Positions 38,050 to 51,451 of a stretch of 64,000 nucleotides of DNA are shown one piece after another (position 1 is the first letter of the stretch; each line of letters opens with the position of its first letter). Source of the DNA: Pelomyxa schiedti (Eukaryota > Protista > Evosea); the NCBI GenBank assembly GCA_020536535.1, contig JAHLWZ010000150.1, positions 7,477 to 71,476 of the forward strand, in the 5' to 3' direction. The translations under genes were made by a program, and so were the position numbers. The notes under the pieces were generated by a model. That model searched no databases. It saw only the letters and a program-made list of their open reading frames with translations, and was not told the DNA's origin.

Positions 38050-39469
38050 TTCATGTATCGAGTGGACAGTGACTCTGACGACGACGACGAGGAGCCGCCG
38101 CCGTCTCCTACGTTCGACGTAGTTGGCGGCTACTACGACGCGGTGCTGATGGCCGGACGACAACAAGCTGCCGGTTCGTCGTCGGCTGCGCAACTTGCGC
38201 CCGAGACCGAGAACAACCCAGGCTCGGCGCCCTCCGTGGCAATGTCGATTATGGGAGTAACAAACATCACCCACAAGGCATCTTCATCAACACACGACCC
38301 CCACACAACAACAACAAAACAAAAAACACAATTACAACAGCCCCCACATCAAAACGCCAAGAAGAAAGGCACAACAGCAAACGATATCAAGAAAATGAAA
38401 AAGAGAGACAAGGCCAGGAGAAGAACCAAGCTGAGGGACTTCAACTCGTCGTTTTGTGATTTGCCAAATGTGGTGGAATTCGCGGAAGACCAGGACGGCG
38501 GAAATAGCAGCAGTCCAAGTAGCATCCGTGACTACAGTGGCTCGGAAGTTCCTGCAAAAGTCTACGAGCATGTGGTCATGGTGCCCCCTGTGGCTGGAGA
38601 AGCGTGAGTTTTTTTTGCTTGCTTTTACCGATAAGTTTTTTGTTATGTTAGGCGTAGGATATCGGCATATTCTCACGGAGTTTGTTATTATTGTAAGAGA
38701 ATTAATATAATATACATTAATATTAAACGTCGCCTGTGTATACCGTTTATCACCTGATATCCTAATACTAGTTTTTGTTTTTGGTACTTTATAATAGCAC
38801 TCCCCTGCTGGCTGAACCTAATTGTTTGCAGTTGTGCCTTCCTCCATTTTGCCTGTGGTATGCCTTCAAAATCAAATTGCCTCCCCCACATAAAATTTTT
38901 TTCATCAGCACCCGAGGTATTCCACTGACGACCAAGAGTTCTCAGTTGGATGGTTCTCCTGGGGAAGAATTCTTGCTACGTGGATCAAATTACTACTCGT
39001 AATCACAATGGGAACATGGATTCTACTCAACCTTGATTACTTCTCCATGGGAGAAGGGGAATGTATCGCAGTTCGCAAAACCTTTGCCGGCTCAATTATT
39101 GTCTTATTTATATCTGTCCTGGGTGATGCTGCCCGCCTAGGAATTCACTCATACCGCGTTTACAAAAGAAACAATGTATTTAGTAGCTTCCCAAAAATGT
39201 TTTTCCTTAACCCACATCAAACCTGTTAGGTTCCCTCATTTGCGCTGTGGCTCTGGGATATTTTGCAAGCCGCCATTGACTCCCTCCTATTCTTCATTCT
39301 TGCCATCCTGGCCACTCTCACACCACTATTATCTGGAAATTGTGTCGAGGATGAGATCCTTACAGCAGTTCCATGCCTTGCATTTGGAGCCACTATGTGC
39401 CTAATCACAATTCTACACGCTCTGTGGTGGGTAGTTCTTGCAATCCTCACGATGCGGTCAAGGCAGTAG
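38050..39469 (+). CDS. Hypothetical membrane protein (long acidic/basic N-terminus, C-terminal transmembrane helices)
   Basis: 187-aa first exon; hydrophobic exons FAGSIIVLFISVLG, LLFFILAILATLTP, LAFGATMCLITILHALWWVVLAIL. Confidence 0.55.
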
Positions 39470-39581
39470 TAACACCAAAACTTTTCATTGGGTGCTGATC
39501 AACAACCCAAAGAGATTGTATTTTTGGCTTAGTAATACCAAAATTGCTTTCTTGAGATAACAAACAGCGTTGTTGGCCGCG

Positions 39582-40921
39582 ATGTCGGGACAGGGGGGTA
39601 GAAGTAAAATAGGATTGAAAGTGTTGAGTTTGCATGGTGACACAATGGAGTTTGTTTTGGAAAATGCGGAACCGGAGGTTGCAAATGCCCTTAGAAGGTG
39701 TCAAATGCACTTGTGCCAGTAAATGTCCGCGGTGATGAGGGTAATAACGGCATCACTTGTAATAGGGTTATACTTGCTGAGGTGCCCACAATGGCCATTG
39801 ATCTGGTCTCTGTGGTAGAGAATACATCGGTATTGCCAAGTGAGTTCATTGCACACAGGCTTGGGTTGATACCTCTGGTCTGCAAGAACGTTGACAAGTT
39901 CCTGTATACAAAGGTTCAAGATATTACGAAAATGATGTGTTAGTTAACCAACTGTGATAAGGATTGTGATTGTATGGAATACTGCCCAAAGTGCTCGGTG
40001 ACGTTCACTCTCGACGTGGAATGTCAGGCTGATATCCCTTACAAAGTGACATCAAACGATCTTCACTCCGAAGCAGGGAATGAGGACGTTTTTCCTGTGC
40101 ACGGGTTAGGCTTGGACATTGTTACCGTTTATTCCTGAATGTGAGATAATAGGGGTACCGACGGATCTGAAGGAATCCTCATTGTGAAGTTGAAGAAAGG
40201 TCAGCGCATGTCATTACGGTAAATGAGCTCAGCGCGAGATCTCTGTCTATGTCTAATAGGAATTCAGTGCAACTGCAAAAAAGGGTACGGGAATGGAACA
40301 CGCGAAATGGTCGCCAGTCAGCTGTGTGACTTACCACTATGCACCCAAAGTGGTCCTTGACCAATCAATCCTCAGTGAGATGACAGCGGACCAAAAAGAG
40401 GCCTTGTAAGTAAACAGAGAACTGAACATATCTTACTCTTACAGAATTCTGAAAGTTTTATTAATTTGTTGGCGATGGATACAGACCTAATTCTACACAA
40501 AACAACAGAGTTGACTGCTGTCCCACCAAAGTTTTTGAACTGAAGGAAGGAATTGTCACTGTGACAAATGAAAGTCACTGTATGTTCTGTGATGAGTGTG
40601 TGCACTGCTGCACTCGAATCAATAAAGAAGGTGCCGTAAAGATTTCTTTGAGGCCTGAGAGGTGTCTCTTCACTGTTGAGGTAACAAGTTCATTCGTTTT
40701 TAAATATATTTTATTTATTTAGTAAATACCAATATATTGCCACCAGCAAAATTGTAAATATACCTCTCAAGCAATGGTAGCCATAATAATAAAAAAAACA
40801 GACAACTGGGGTGATGGAACCTGAAGAAATCGTGTTGTCAGCATTGAACGTGATCAAGGAGAAGCTGCTGGTTGTCAAGCAATCACTAAATGACGCCTCT
40901 GATTCTTTGGGCTGCACCTAA
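39582..40921 (+). CDS. RPB3: RNA polymerase II subunit RPB3, paralogue A
   Basis: [77 protein letters not shown]. Confidence 0.9.
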
Positions 40922-41189
40922 GCACATCGTCTTCTATTTCAGTTTGTGAGACAAAGCAGAGGTCATCCACAATGTTTCCTTTTATGTTTAAACACCAACT
41001 CCGTTGTGTCATTCAAAGCCGTGCTGGTTGTCGTATACCAGAGCAAATCCACAAAGAGACGGAAAAAACAAAACAGTGGAATAAGATACAGAAAGTTGTA
41101 GGTAGATACCAGACAAGGAACAACACACAATTGTACAATATTCATTTTCTTGGTATGTATGTTACTGCGGTAGATAGAGCTGCACAACA

Positions 41190-42215
41190 CTACAGCTTTG
41201 GATAGGGTGGGAGAGACGTGAGGACGTCATCAAAAGATACATCATTGTTGAAAACAACGGTGCTGGGGGAGGCAGGAGGGGAGGTTGTGTATGGTGGTAC
41301 CATGCCCCACATAGGAATGACAACTTGTTCATATGCATTGTACACTGCGGTAGCAACAGAGTGCAGGGCAGAAGTGTTTTTTGTTTTCAGTGAATTCCGC
41401 ACTGCTGCTGGAATTTCAAGTTGGACTGCGGGGATGCCTAAAGATACACTTTGGTGACTGAAAGTGGCCACATTAGCACCAGGACCCCAGTAGCCGTGCA
41501 TCGATGGATTGGGATCAACTGTACAATGAAAGTGATGAGGCTCTGTGCTGTCAAATGCGTTTGGAGCTACTACTATGTCAACTGTAGACAAAGCTCGTTC
41601 TATTCCAGTGCACAATGAAGATTTGAGGGCCTGTGTAAAGGCAGTTTGAGGTTTCCACAGAACTTCCATTGGAGCCATCCCCACATCAATGCAACAAGAA
41701 TTTGATCGGTCGGCTTTGCCATGAACGTCCTGAGAATGTCATGAATGGAGATTAAAGGGACGACAGAAAAGCAATTGGCAGACCACAAGTAAGCAAGGAA
41801 TCCGTGAAGCTACCCAACGTTCCTTGAATTCCTCCAAGGCCATATGCCAGGGTGACATTCCAAACTGCTCAGTGGATAAGAAGTTGGGGTCAAGGTCATT
41901 CTCCAACGGGGCCTTTGGCTGTGGGTTCCAAATCATGAAAGAACCTCCCGAGGCCAATGCCGGGTTGTTTCTGGACTGTGCTATCTGCGCAATTGCACCA
42001 GCCAGCGAAACGCAAATAGACGCGGTGTAGAATTCAGCAGCGTGAACATCGCGAGCAGGCGATGCAGGAAAACCACGGTACAAGTTTCGCGAGTGAGGCG
42101 CCGAGAAAACGATGGGTCCGCGCATGCAAAAAAGATAACGCGAGGACCACGTAAATGGCCTCTCCGTGTTGGCACTAGCACCACCGTTTCTCGTAGATCC
42201 CGTAGCTCCCCTCAT
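41190..42215 (-). CDS. Zn-dependent exopeptidase-fold hydrolase (N-formylglutamate amidohydrolase / poly-gamma-glutamate hydrolase-like)
   Basis: IVFSAPHS, AEFYT, DLDPN, DVHGK..IDVG, AVQLEIPAAVR. Confidence 0.55.
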
Positions 42216-42316
42216 CTCACTTCTTTGTATGATGAAATGAAGAAAGGCGGCTGTTATTTGACAAGCGAAACTATCAGATTCTGTTCTTTTTTTCCTTGTT
42301 TCAGTGGGTGACACGA

Positions 42317-43680
42317 ATGGCAGCGGCGGGAGGTCGACCCACAATTTCGATTGAAAGGCTCGAGGGTGACTTCATGACCTTCATGTTGGCCAATGCCGAC
42401 ACTTCCATGGCAAATGCACTCAGACGGTACTTTTTTTTTTTGTTTTTCCATCCCATAGTTTTTTGTGCCTTTGCACTGTTACTTTGCTGCTATTGGTACC
42501 ATCGTAACACTTTTTTTTTTTTTTTTTTTTTTCCCCCGCCCGTTTAGAGTCATGATTGCTGAGGTGCCAACTATTGCCATTGATCTTGTGAACATCATCG
42601 AGAATTCATCAGTGCTTTGTGACGAATTCATCGCACACAGGTTAGGTTTGATCCCCCTTGTGAGCCGTGCGGTTGACAGGCTTCTTTACACACGAGTGAG
42701 TGGGTCGAACCTAACTCAAACTATGCGAAAGCAAACACAACCCAAATAAAATTCACACCAAATGCAAGGACTGCACGACGTGTGTGGATCACTGCCAGCT
42801 TTGCTCTGTTACTTTTACGCTTGATGTTGAGTGCCAGGGAGACATTCCGTACCAAGTGACATCAAATGACTTGCATTCTAATCACCGCGAAGTCAGCCCT
42901 GTTCAATCGTAGAACCCTTTCACGCCTGTAGTAGTACCAGAATAATTCTCTTATAGGTTGGATACGCGTCCTGGTGCTGCGCAGGATGCAGAGCCTCCCG
43001 GTATACTGATTGTGAAGTTGAAGCGAGGGCAACGTCTGCACTTGGAGCTTGTCTTTTTGAGCTGCGATGATATCAACTAACTCTACCTAGGGCAATCGCA
43101 AAGAAGGGTACAGGAAAGGAGCACGCAAAATGGTCCCCTACCTGTTGTGTGACATATCAATTTCAACCCGATCTTCATTGGAATCACGCCCTCATTAATC
43201 AAATGACCGATCAACAACGTGAGGACCTGTGAGTACCCTCCCTTTTTCTTCTTCTCTGCCGGTATTTACCAACATTAACACCCAAACCAAGAAAAGCAAG
43301 CTGCCCCACAAAGGCATTGGGTGTTCCAAGCCAAGGTGGGTCTGAATATGGCCAACTCAACTTCGACCCTATTGAGGCAACAAATACTGACAGGCACTGC
43401 ATGTTCTGTGATGAATGCGTTCACTACTGCGACCTCATTGGCAAAGTCGGTGCTTTGAAAGTATCACAGAAGACTGACAAATTCCTTTTCACATTAGAAG
43501 TGAGCAGTCCCAACAACAAAAATAATTTTCAGTGTAACCGTTACAACATTTGCTTTTCTTTTACAGACTACAGGGGCTCTTTCTCCCGAAGAAGTTTTAC
43601 TGGCTGCTCTGCAAGTCTTGAAAAACAAACTTGAGACTGTAAAGGCCTCACTTGTTGAGAATGAATCCGGCAACTTGTAG
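42317..43680 (+). CDS. RPB3: RNA polymerase II subunit RPB3, paralogue B
   Basis: [81 protein letters not shown]. Confidence 0.92.
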
Positions 43681-43699
43681 ACCTTCAGTATTAGTCAGA

Positions 43700-46464
43700 A
43701 TGCCACCATCAGCTCGGCTTAGTCTATGACCTGTGTCTGTGAAGCATCAACTCAAAAAAAAAGTAAAAAAGTAATAACTCCATGTGAACGACTAGCCACA
43801 AGAAGACAACAAAGTTTTGCAAACAATTTGGGAATCAAAAAAAAAAAAAAAAAACCTTTGAACTTGAATGTCTTTGTGCCAACTTATACATGGGGTTTGC
43901 CCACATAGTACAGCCTTGAAAAACTGTGGTAGGTAAAGAACAGGAGTAAATATGAACGAAAGCGCACAGATTGACCTCAGATTCGAACCAAGAAGAGAGG
44001 TCAAATAGGGAAATGTTACTTTCCACACAACGTCCTGAGTGCAAATATGATAGAAATATTTGCATGTCTTGTGCAAAATGAAACTCGTTGTGAGGGCCGA
44101 AAGAAGGCCTTACTTGGCTTAAGGAAATGAGATCATGGGGGTTCAGATGGCAGAATATCAGTAACCAGATGTCAACAGGCACATTGAAGACCAAGTGCTT
44201 TGTGATCACAAAGCAATACACATCTCCAACTGGAGCTGTGGCCTGTATGCCACCATAAACGAGCAGGGAATTATTCCGCGGTACATGCACAACAGAAAAA
44301 AACTTGTAGAATTCCCTTGGTTAGATTAGCCTAACAGTTAAGTACCTGTCGTGGGTCCAAACTTGCTGTGGTGACCAATAATCTTTTCCACTGTAGAGTA
44401 TCTAAATCGAGCCTGACTGGGAAGTGAGTGGTTCACCAATGAACTTTTACGACTACAAGAACATGGAGAAAGTAGTTTCTTCTTCACAAGAGCAAGCCAG
44501 GACAAATTGGTGGCCATTTACTAAACAACCCACACCCTGGTGGCGTGCTTCCGGGCCTTCCCCAGTTGTGCTGTGGATAACCCACTCAGGGGATGGATCC
44601 TTCATTGATAGACTCCACATATCCGTAAGATGTGCATGAGGGCCACTCGATCCTCCATATATGAAAAGCCTTTCTCTTTTTATTTTCTGTAGGATAATGT
44701 ATGAGGCAGATAAATTTAAACCTGTAGCAAAAGGATGAGTGATGATATCGTGATGGAGGGACAGGAGGCACATCCTGCTGGCATCCCAACCAAATTTTGG
44801 ACGTTAAATCAAATACTGTTGGAAATTTTTATTGGGAATAATAGTTAAGATGCGAAAAAAACCGTGTAGTAATTGTGTGGGTCCCAGGGTTCTAGAGAAA
44901 CCTCCAAAGAGGTATAACTTGCCTTCATAACTATACGAATAATTAAGTGCAAGCAAATCAAGGGGGCAAACCAAGAAAGTGAGGCACCGTAACACATCCC
45001 CGGAAATGAGGGTCCCACTGAACCTGCGCTCTCCCACAAAATGTGCCAGAGACCAGTATTTACATCCAACATGGAGAGGCAATGGGTACATGTACACTGA
45101 GAATCAGGGGAGGCAGCCCAGTGGGGGCACATTCCTCCAAAAAGATAAAGCTTGTTTTCAATTGAGCACTGAGCTGCAAAGTGCCATTCGATAGCTCTGC
45201 TCACGTGGAGGTCATCACGAAGTAATTGGCGTACATTCGCTCCCAGTGGGTCTGTCCACGCACCCTCCTGAGGAGGTTGTTTTGTCCAGTGATAAACAAG
45301 CGGGGTGCTCCAATTGCGTGTGTGCAATTCGAATCTGGCCACGTCACTATGAAGCCCAGAGCTATCTCGCCCTCCGATAATGTACATTGTATCCCTATAA
45401 AATCCGCAGGTGTGCCCGTAACTGAATTATTAATTAAGTGCACTTAGATCTTGGCTGATATGGAGTTTCCAACCTGGGTCTCAGTTGGTGCAGACATAAC
45501 GGTTCCCAGAAATACTCTTCCTGTGCATTCTTTGCACACTGAGAACTGATTTCCAAAGCCGTTTCCTTTGCAATTTCTGCCACATTTAGGGTTGAAGAAT
45601 TTGGTGGAGATTGGCATGGCTGTGTGGAGGTCACAGATGGCTGGCCAAAGAGTTTAGAAACAAGCTCCGCAATATCTGCAAATAACCCTTGGTCACTGTA
45701 AGTATGAGAGACTCTTTCTGTGATGAGTATTCTTACCCCGAGTAGGGGCAGGTACAGGTGCACTGGAATGTATCTGGAGTAGCTGAAGGATACAATCTGA
45801 CAGCTGTTTAACACCGCGATCAGTTCGCACTTCAATAAAGTAGTAAGCGCTAATCGTACGTGCAACCTAGGAGAATATTATTACATGCGGAAATTTTATA
45901 GGATGATACTGCAATAGCTGTTGCATAGTAAGTAGACTGGTAGTAGTAATTCGAGTAGAAATTTTCTGGAACAAGACCAACCAGAATTATCTTTCGGGCT
46001 ACGTTTCGTGTGAGATCAATGGACACCTTGAGGAGTAAATAATAAAGAGCGTAAGAAAATAAATTACCAAACGGGCCTGCTCTAGGCTTCGGTCAGAGGA
46101 AACATCGAAGCACACCAACAAAACTGCGAACCCAGGCGCTTGTCTGTATACAGCATAGGCCTCGAGACCTCGAAATAAACAAACGCAGTAAGTAAGTATG
46201 AGTAGAGAACTGGCACCTACCGACCAGTGAATAAGCTGAGAGATGTGAGTTGGAAAAGAGATCCTGCGACGTTGCATTCGTGGTAGTGTTTCGTCTGTTA
46301 CTAATTTCTTCATTGACAGCAGTTCCCGGATCGACTCGCACAAGTTGAGCAATTAGCCTCTCCTGTTGGCAGAGTTTAGAATTGTGGACCCACAACCAAG
46401 ACTGACAGCAAACCCTTTCGGCCCTTGCCACCCCCACAACCGCCACCCGGAATCCTTCACTCAT
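43700..46464 (-). CDS. Degenerate Ras-like domain + BTB-like domain + Kelch repeats + C-terminal F-box
   Basis: FRVAVVG, LLVCFDVSSDRSLEQAR, IILVG; VHLYLPLLGVR; Kelch YIIGGRD, LYLFGGM, LYLFGGF, LFIYGGS, LLVYGGI; F-box VPVDIWLLIFCHLNPHDLISLSQV. 3' end approximate. Confidence 0.7.
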
Positions 46465-46763
46465 CCTTCTGCCCCAAAAAAAACCTCCTTCCTTTCTCCA
46501 ATCAGATTCCACACCCGTCGGACGGGTGAGAGTAAGGGAATCCCACTCGCAACAGTCTCAGAGCGGAATCTATAGAATTAGGACTTCCAGCTCTGTTGGG
46601 AGTGCCGCACACATAAACCCGACTACCGCAAGCTCGAATCTAATTGTGGGACTTAATTTGGTGCTCGAGTACAGTAAAAGGAGTTTTGTGTGGGTATTTA
46701 TGTTGGTTTATTGAGTTACACAAAGACACTCATGTTACTGTGGCCGTTCTTTTAAAACATTTA

Positions 46764-49700
46764 TCAAACTAGTGGAGAGGTATAAGTAAAACGTAGGCAG
46801 TGTGTAATAAGGTGGGGAGCATACCACATTTTTATATCAGTGCTTGTGTTGCTGCTTGGTTTGCTCCAATAGAGTTTGAACAACTCCAGGGGAGAATTCC
46901 GCACACAACGAAGAATACATGTCACAACAATAATGTTCAGATACAAACGTCTGTTGAACCTCCATCACTTTTGTTTTTACTTGGACCTATTTCTTCAGGG
47001 TGAGAGAGCTAAAATCGGGAGAAGCATGTTTACATTGTGTTCTTGTCCTCCCTCATACCACCACATGAGAATAATCTCTTCAAATCGTAGTAGAATCTGC
47101 ATTCCTATTAATATCGAGTGCACTTGAAGTCAAAAATCTACCGCTGTGTACACATTCCCTGGAGCAGAGGCAATCCACATGTTGTCACTTGTTGGATTCT
47201 CAATTTCATAGCTCACACCGCCAAGCAAGACTTGTTGTGTAACGCCAGGATCACACTTATGTACCCGAGCTATGGAATTTAAATCGCCACTGCTTGGTTT
47301 CCATGAACCGGGATTGGTTAGGATGGCTTGTGGTGGGCTGGTTGAAAGCACGGCATAGTATATTTGGGGAGGTGATGCTGAATCAGGTGAGAGAATTGTT
47401 ACATGCATCTTCTAGGTGTGAAGTTAGTTTTTTTCTTAGTCATTATTTGGGATGTGTACATCGAGCCAAGATCTCCATTTTGAGAAATGGTTAATAACTG
47501 CCAGTCTCCAATCACTAGTAGTGTAAGACTGATTAGGAAAAGGTTTTTCACACACAAATCGGGATTTGAAGCACATAATGGTTGCAAGTGGGGAACAAAT
47601 CTGGAAAATGGTGACAAATAAGGACAAAAGGAAGAAAAACGAACTTTGAATATTGAGAGCACTTTTGTGAGGTGTTGTACCAGTGTTTGCAAGTCATTGC
47701 GCAGACATTGACTTCTTTCACTGAGAGATATCTTCGAAGGTTTTGTCAGGATGATTTGGGGGAATGGAAGGCAACTTGAAAACTATCCTTAAAATATTTA
47801 CAGGTAAACATTGTACATGCTGAGAATTTTCATTTGAAGTATTACCCCCAGCAGCTGCAAGTAAGTGGCTGGTTGTGGAAAAAGGAGGTGTGTGATTTGT
47901 TGCAACCTAAAGCTTTAGTTCAAAAAAAGGAGGGCTTTCCAACAAGCAATTTTTTTTTTAGAAATGAGTAGGGATTAACCTTGAAGGGTGTGGCATAGGG
48001 ATACCACATGCTGGGTTGTTTTGGGTCCAGTCCAACGTGAAGTAAACTGCTCACAGCAGAGTCAAAACCATGGGCCGCTAGATGCAATAGTGAATATTTT
48101 GCTCCAGGAGTGTTGAGATCCACTCCCGGAATCGAAATTGTATGTGCAAACAACTGTGGACAAAACATTAACAGATGCAATAAAGTCCATCCACTTGTGG
48201 TGGCAGCACTCAAAGTACCACGAAGGTGATTGGCATATGCGGCGGCAGCAGAAGCCGCAGCAGCCTGACCTGCCTCAGCTGCCGCTTTCACAGAAAGGTC
48301 ATACTTGCTGATAGCAGCTATGAAGTCCCGTACAAGCACAAAGTCCCCAGTGGCCATGGCCCAATAAAGGGCATTTCTTCCAGCCCGGTCTCTCATCGCC
48401 ACATCAATGCCATTGCATGACAACATGAAGCGCACGACTTCACTGTTTTTGTTTTTGACTGCCATAATCAAGGGTGTCTCCCCGTCATACGAGCAACTGG
48501 CATTGATGTTTGCACCAAGGGAAATTATATCCCTTGCCACTGTGGCTGATTTAGCATAATGCAGTGGTGTTTTCCCCCACTGGTCCAGCCGTGTTGCGTC
48601 ACAACGTGTGCGTGCGGCACTGTTTACAATCATATCCAGAACATCTGTCATATTATTTTCAACCAGGGAAAAAAGCAAGTCCGTGATATTGGATCCAAGG
48701 GAGATCAACTTGGGGATAATGTTAAAATGTTTACTGTGCATTGCAATTAATGCGGCCGCTTCCAAGAAAATTGGATGAAGTACTTCCGGGTGCTCAAGGA
48801 GTAAATCCACAATGTGGTAGGAAGAGGGAGAATTTAGTCGCCAGACGGCAAGTTGTAATGCGGTTTCGGCATCCTCAGCCAAAGTATTAGGCCTCACAGT
48901 TGGTGCTGAAAGCAAAATTTTGACGGCATTTTCGTCATAATTTCGCACTGCATGATGGAGAGGGGTAAAGTTATGGCACAATAAATTTGGGTCAAGCCGA
49001 TCACACTGGAGCAGAACCTGCATGGTGGAGTAGTTGTGCCATTTAACTGCAATATGCAAAATGGACTCCCCCACAGTGGAGAGGATATTTGGGTCAATTG
49101 ACGGTGTCTCAAGTCCGACTTTAATAAACTCGGTAGCAAGAGGATCATTTAGCGATGCTAAAGCGTGGAAGATGGTAAACCCAAGAGAACTTTGCACAGT
49201 AACCGAAGCTGGGTAACGTTGACATAGGATCTGGAAGTGCGGAAGGGATCTAGCGTATATGTATGTATAATGTGCAACACAGCGACCTCTTGTGTCGCGG
49301 TTGCAGAGTACTTGTTTTGCTCCATGTGATATAAGTGCATCAAGGCACTCTACATTCCCGGCCTGTGGAGCGAATTAACATAGAATCACACACAAAGACT
49401 GCTCACAAGGATGGCTAGATGACCAACATTCAAAAAGGAGTGATTTTGAACAGGAGGTATATCCTGCGTAGAATCTCTGTTACAATAAAAATAGAAGAAA
49501 AGGTACTAACAGAAGTAGCCGATCGGTCCAAGAGTAGTTTAAGCATCTCTAAGTTACCCGTGAGGCAAGCAAGGTGAATGGGTGTGTTCCCCTTGTCATC
49601 TGGATCCAATACTGATTGAGGGGTTGCCTTGACGCTTGCAACGGGAATATTCCCCGTGAAAGCTGCAGAAAATAACTGTGGTAGGTTTAGATTGATAACC

Positions 49701-51234
49701 ACACACTGTATTTTGACTTTTAGTTATTATACGTGGGATTATACGTTAGGTGCAGTGTTCTTCATGGGAGAGTAGGAACCCTTGGGACCCGAGTAAACAA
49801 GGCCCTCAGAAAGTAGTTTGTGAAAATAAGACATCTCCATGGCATGAACAGCCACAACCTCAATTGGAACCAGTGACCTTTTTAGTCTCTGTAGTATAAA
49901 ACTGGGAAAAAAACCATATTTAGTCTGGGGAAAAAGAGACTATGGGCAGGAATACTTTAATCTGGCTTTCAGAAGTTCAATCACTGATGTAGTGCTGGCT
50001 TGTGAATTTGACGATTTGGGCAGTGAATTGATCACTTGCAACACCTCCCCAAATGAGCTTCCATTGATGGAAAGGGAAGGAAAAATCATACAATTTGGAC
50101 AGATTTTGGTAAATCTTTCAGTGGATCAGCATCCTTGGCCAGAAGGGGGTGATTTTCGCGTGCTTCATTAGAAGCTAACTGGGAAAATTCCGTCATGGCC
50201 TGTCCCCAAGGAGAAAAGTCTTTGATATCTGCTACTTCAACACAGGACCTAGCTTCACCCTCAACGGGACTGGTTTCAGTGGACTTGGTCTTGTCATGTT
50301 CCAACCAAGATTGCCGTAGGATATTGCAGGAGGCGGTGATTTCCGCCAGGAGCTTGTTCAAATCAGTTATGGGTGCACTCACAACAGCATGCGCGCTCTT
50401 GACTCCGGTTCCGCCGGGCACAGCCGAGCCGCTGGGGTTCGGCGAAGACGACGTCGACGCGGAGGAAGCCGCCGGGGGGTTCTTCTGGGCTCCCTTTGAA
50501 AACGCGGCGGCGGCGTTGGCGAACATCGTAGCCATGTTGAGCACGCTGCCGGTCCGCTTGTGCTCTGATTTGGGAGGCGGCTGGGGCGTCGGCTGCGGAG
50601 TCGGCTCGGCGGGCTTCTCGATGTTCATGCTCGATATCAGCTGGTTGATGTTGGTGCTCCTTCTCCTCGCGTGCCTCGATGTCGGGGCATCTGCCCCGGT
50701 CGTGCCGGTTGGCGTCGAAGCGGTCGCCGTGGGGGTGGGGGAGGGCGGCCGGGCTGCCGGGTTCGCGATTGTGGGTGTGGTGGTGGTGCTGGCCTGAGGA
50801 AAAGTCGAAGGCGAGGGGGTAGAGGAAGAGGGAGAGGGGTTATTATTATTAGACGAGGGAGTGGCGAATTTGCTAAACAGGGTGTCGAACTTGGCACTCC
50901 TTCGTCTCGAGGCCGAGCCGCTCGATCCCAGGGAAGCGAGGCTCCCGTCCCCCGAGTCTGCGCTCGAGTTGGATGTCGACGACGACGCGGTGGTGGCCGA
51001 CGCCGACGCGGACGCCGAGGCACTTATGGGATTGGCGGTGCCGACGGGGCTGATGCGGCGCGTGTGGTGGTGGTGCTTGTGCTCCTGCGACGCCGAGGAC
51101 GCGGTGGGGAGCGGCGGCGTGAGTGCAGGCGACGACGAGGCGGCGGAGGGGGACGGCGCGACGACGGCAGCGGGGCCGCGCACGACCGCAACGCCCCCCT
51201 GCGATCTGCGGCTGCTACCTTCTCGGAACGACAT
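46764..51234 (-). CDS. Low-complexity N-terminus + ankyrin repeats + F-box + unrecognised C-terminal domain
   Basis: 382-aa S/T/P/A-rich exon; GNTPIHLAC, GESILHIAV, TPLHHAV, GKTPLHYA, GETPLIMAV, GRNALYWA; spliced F-box CLPVNILRIVFK|YLSVKEVNVCAMTCKHW at ~47660-47815. Confidence 0.75.
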
Positions 51235-51451
51235 TTTGTATGGAATAAAACTTATTGGTTAATCTGGGTGTTTATCTGCGCGTCTGTTGGTATTACTCTA
51301 TCCAGAAGCGGTGCACCGCGCGAACCTTTCGCCATCTATTTGGATAACGCTGTTCCCATTCTTCACATTCACGACCACAACTCGAAAAGTCCCCCTTTTG
51401 TTGTTTTTGTTCCATTCTCCAGTTTCACCCCACTCTATCAGTCCCATTTTG

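Noticed and set aside
41190-42215. Treating cofE plus the FGase-like hydrolase as a gene cluster
   Set aside because: They are 20 kb apart with unrelated housekeeping genes in between; kept only as speculation.
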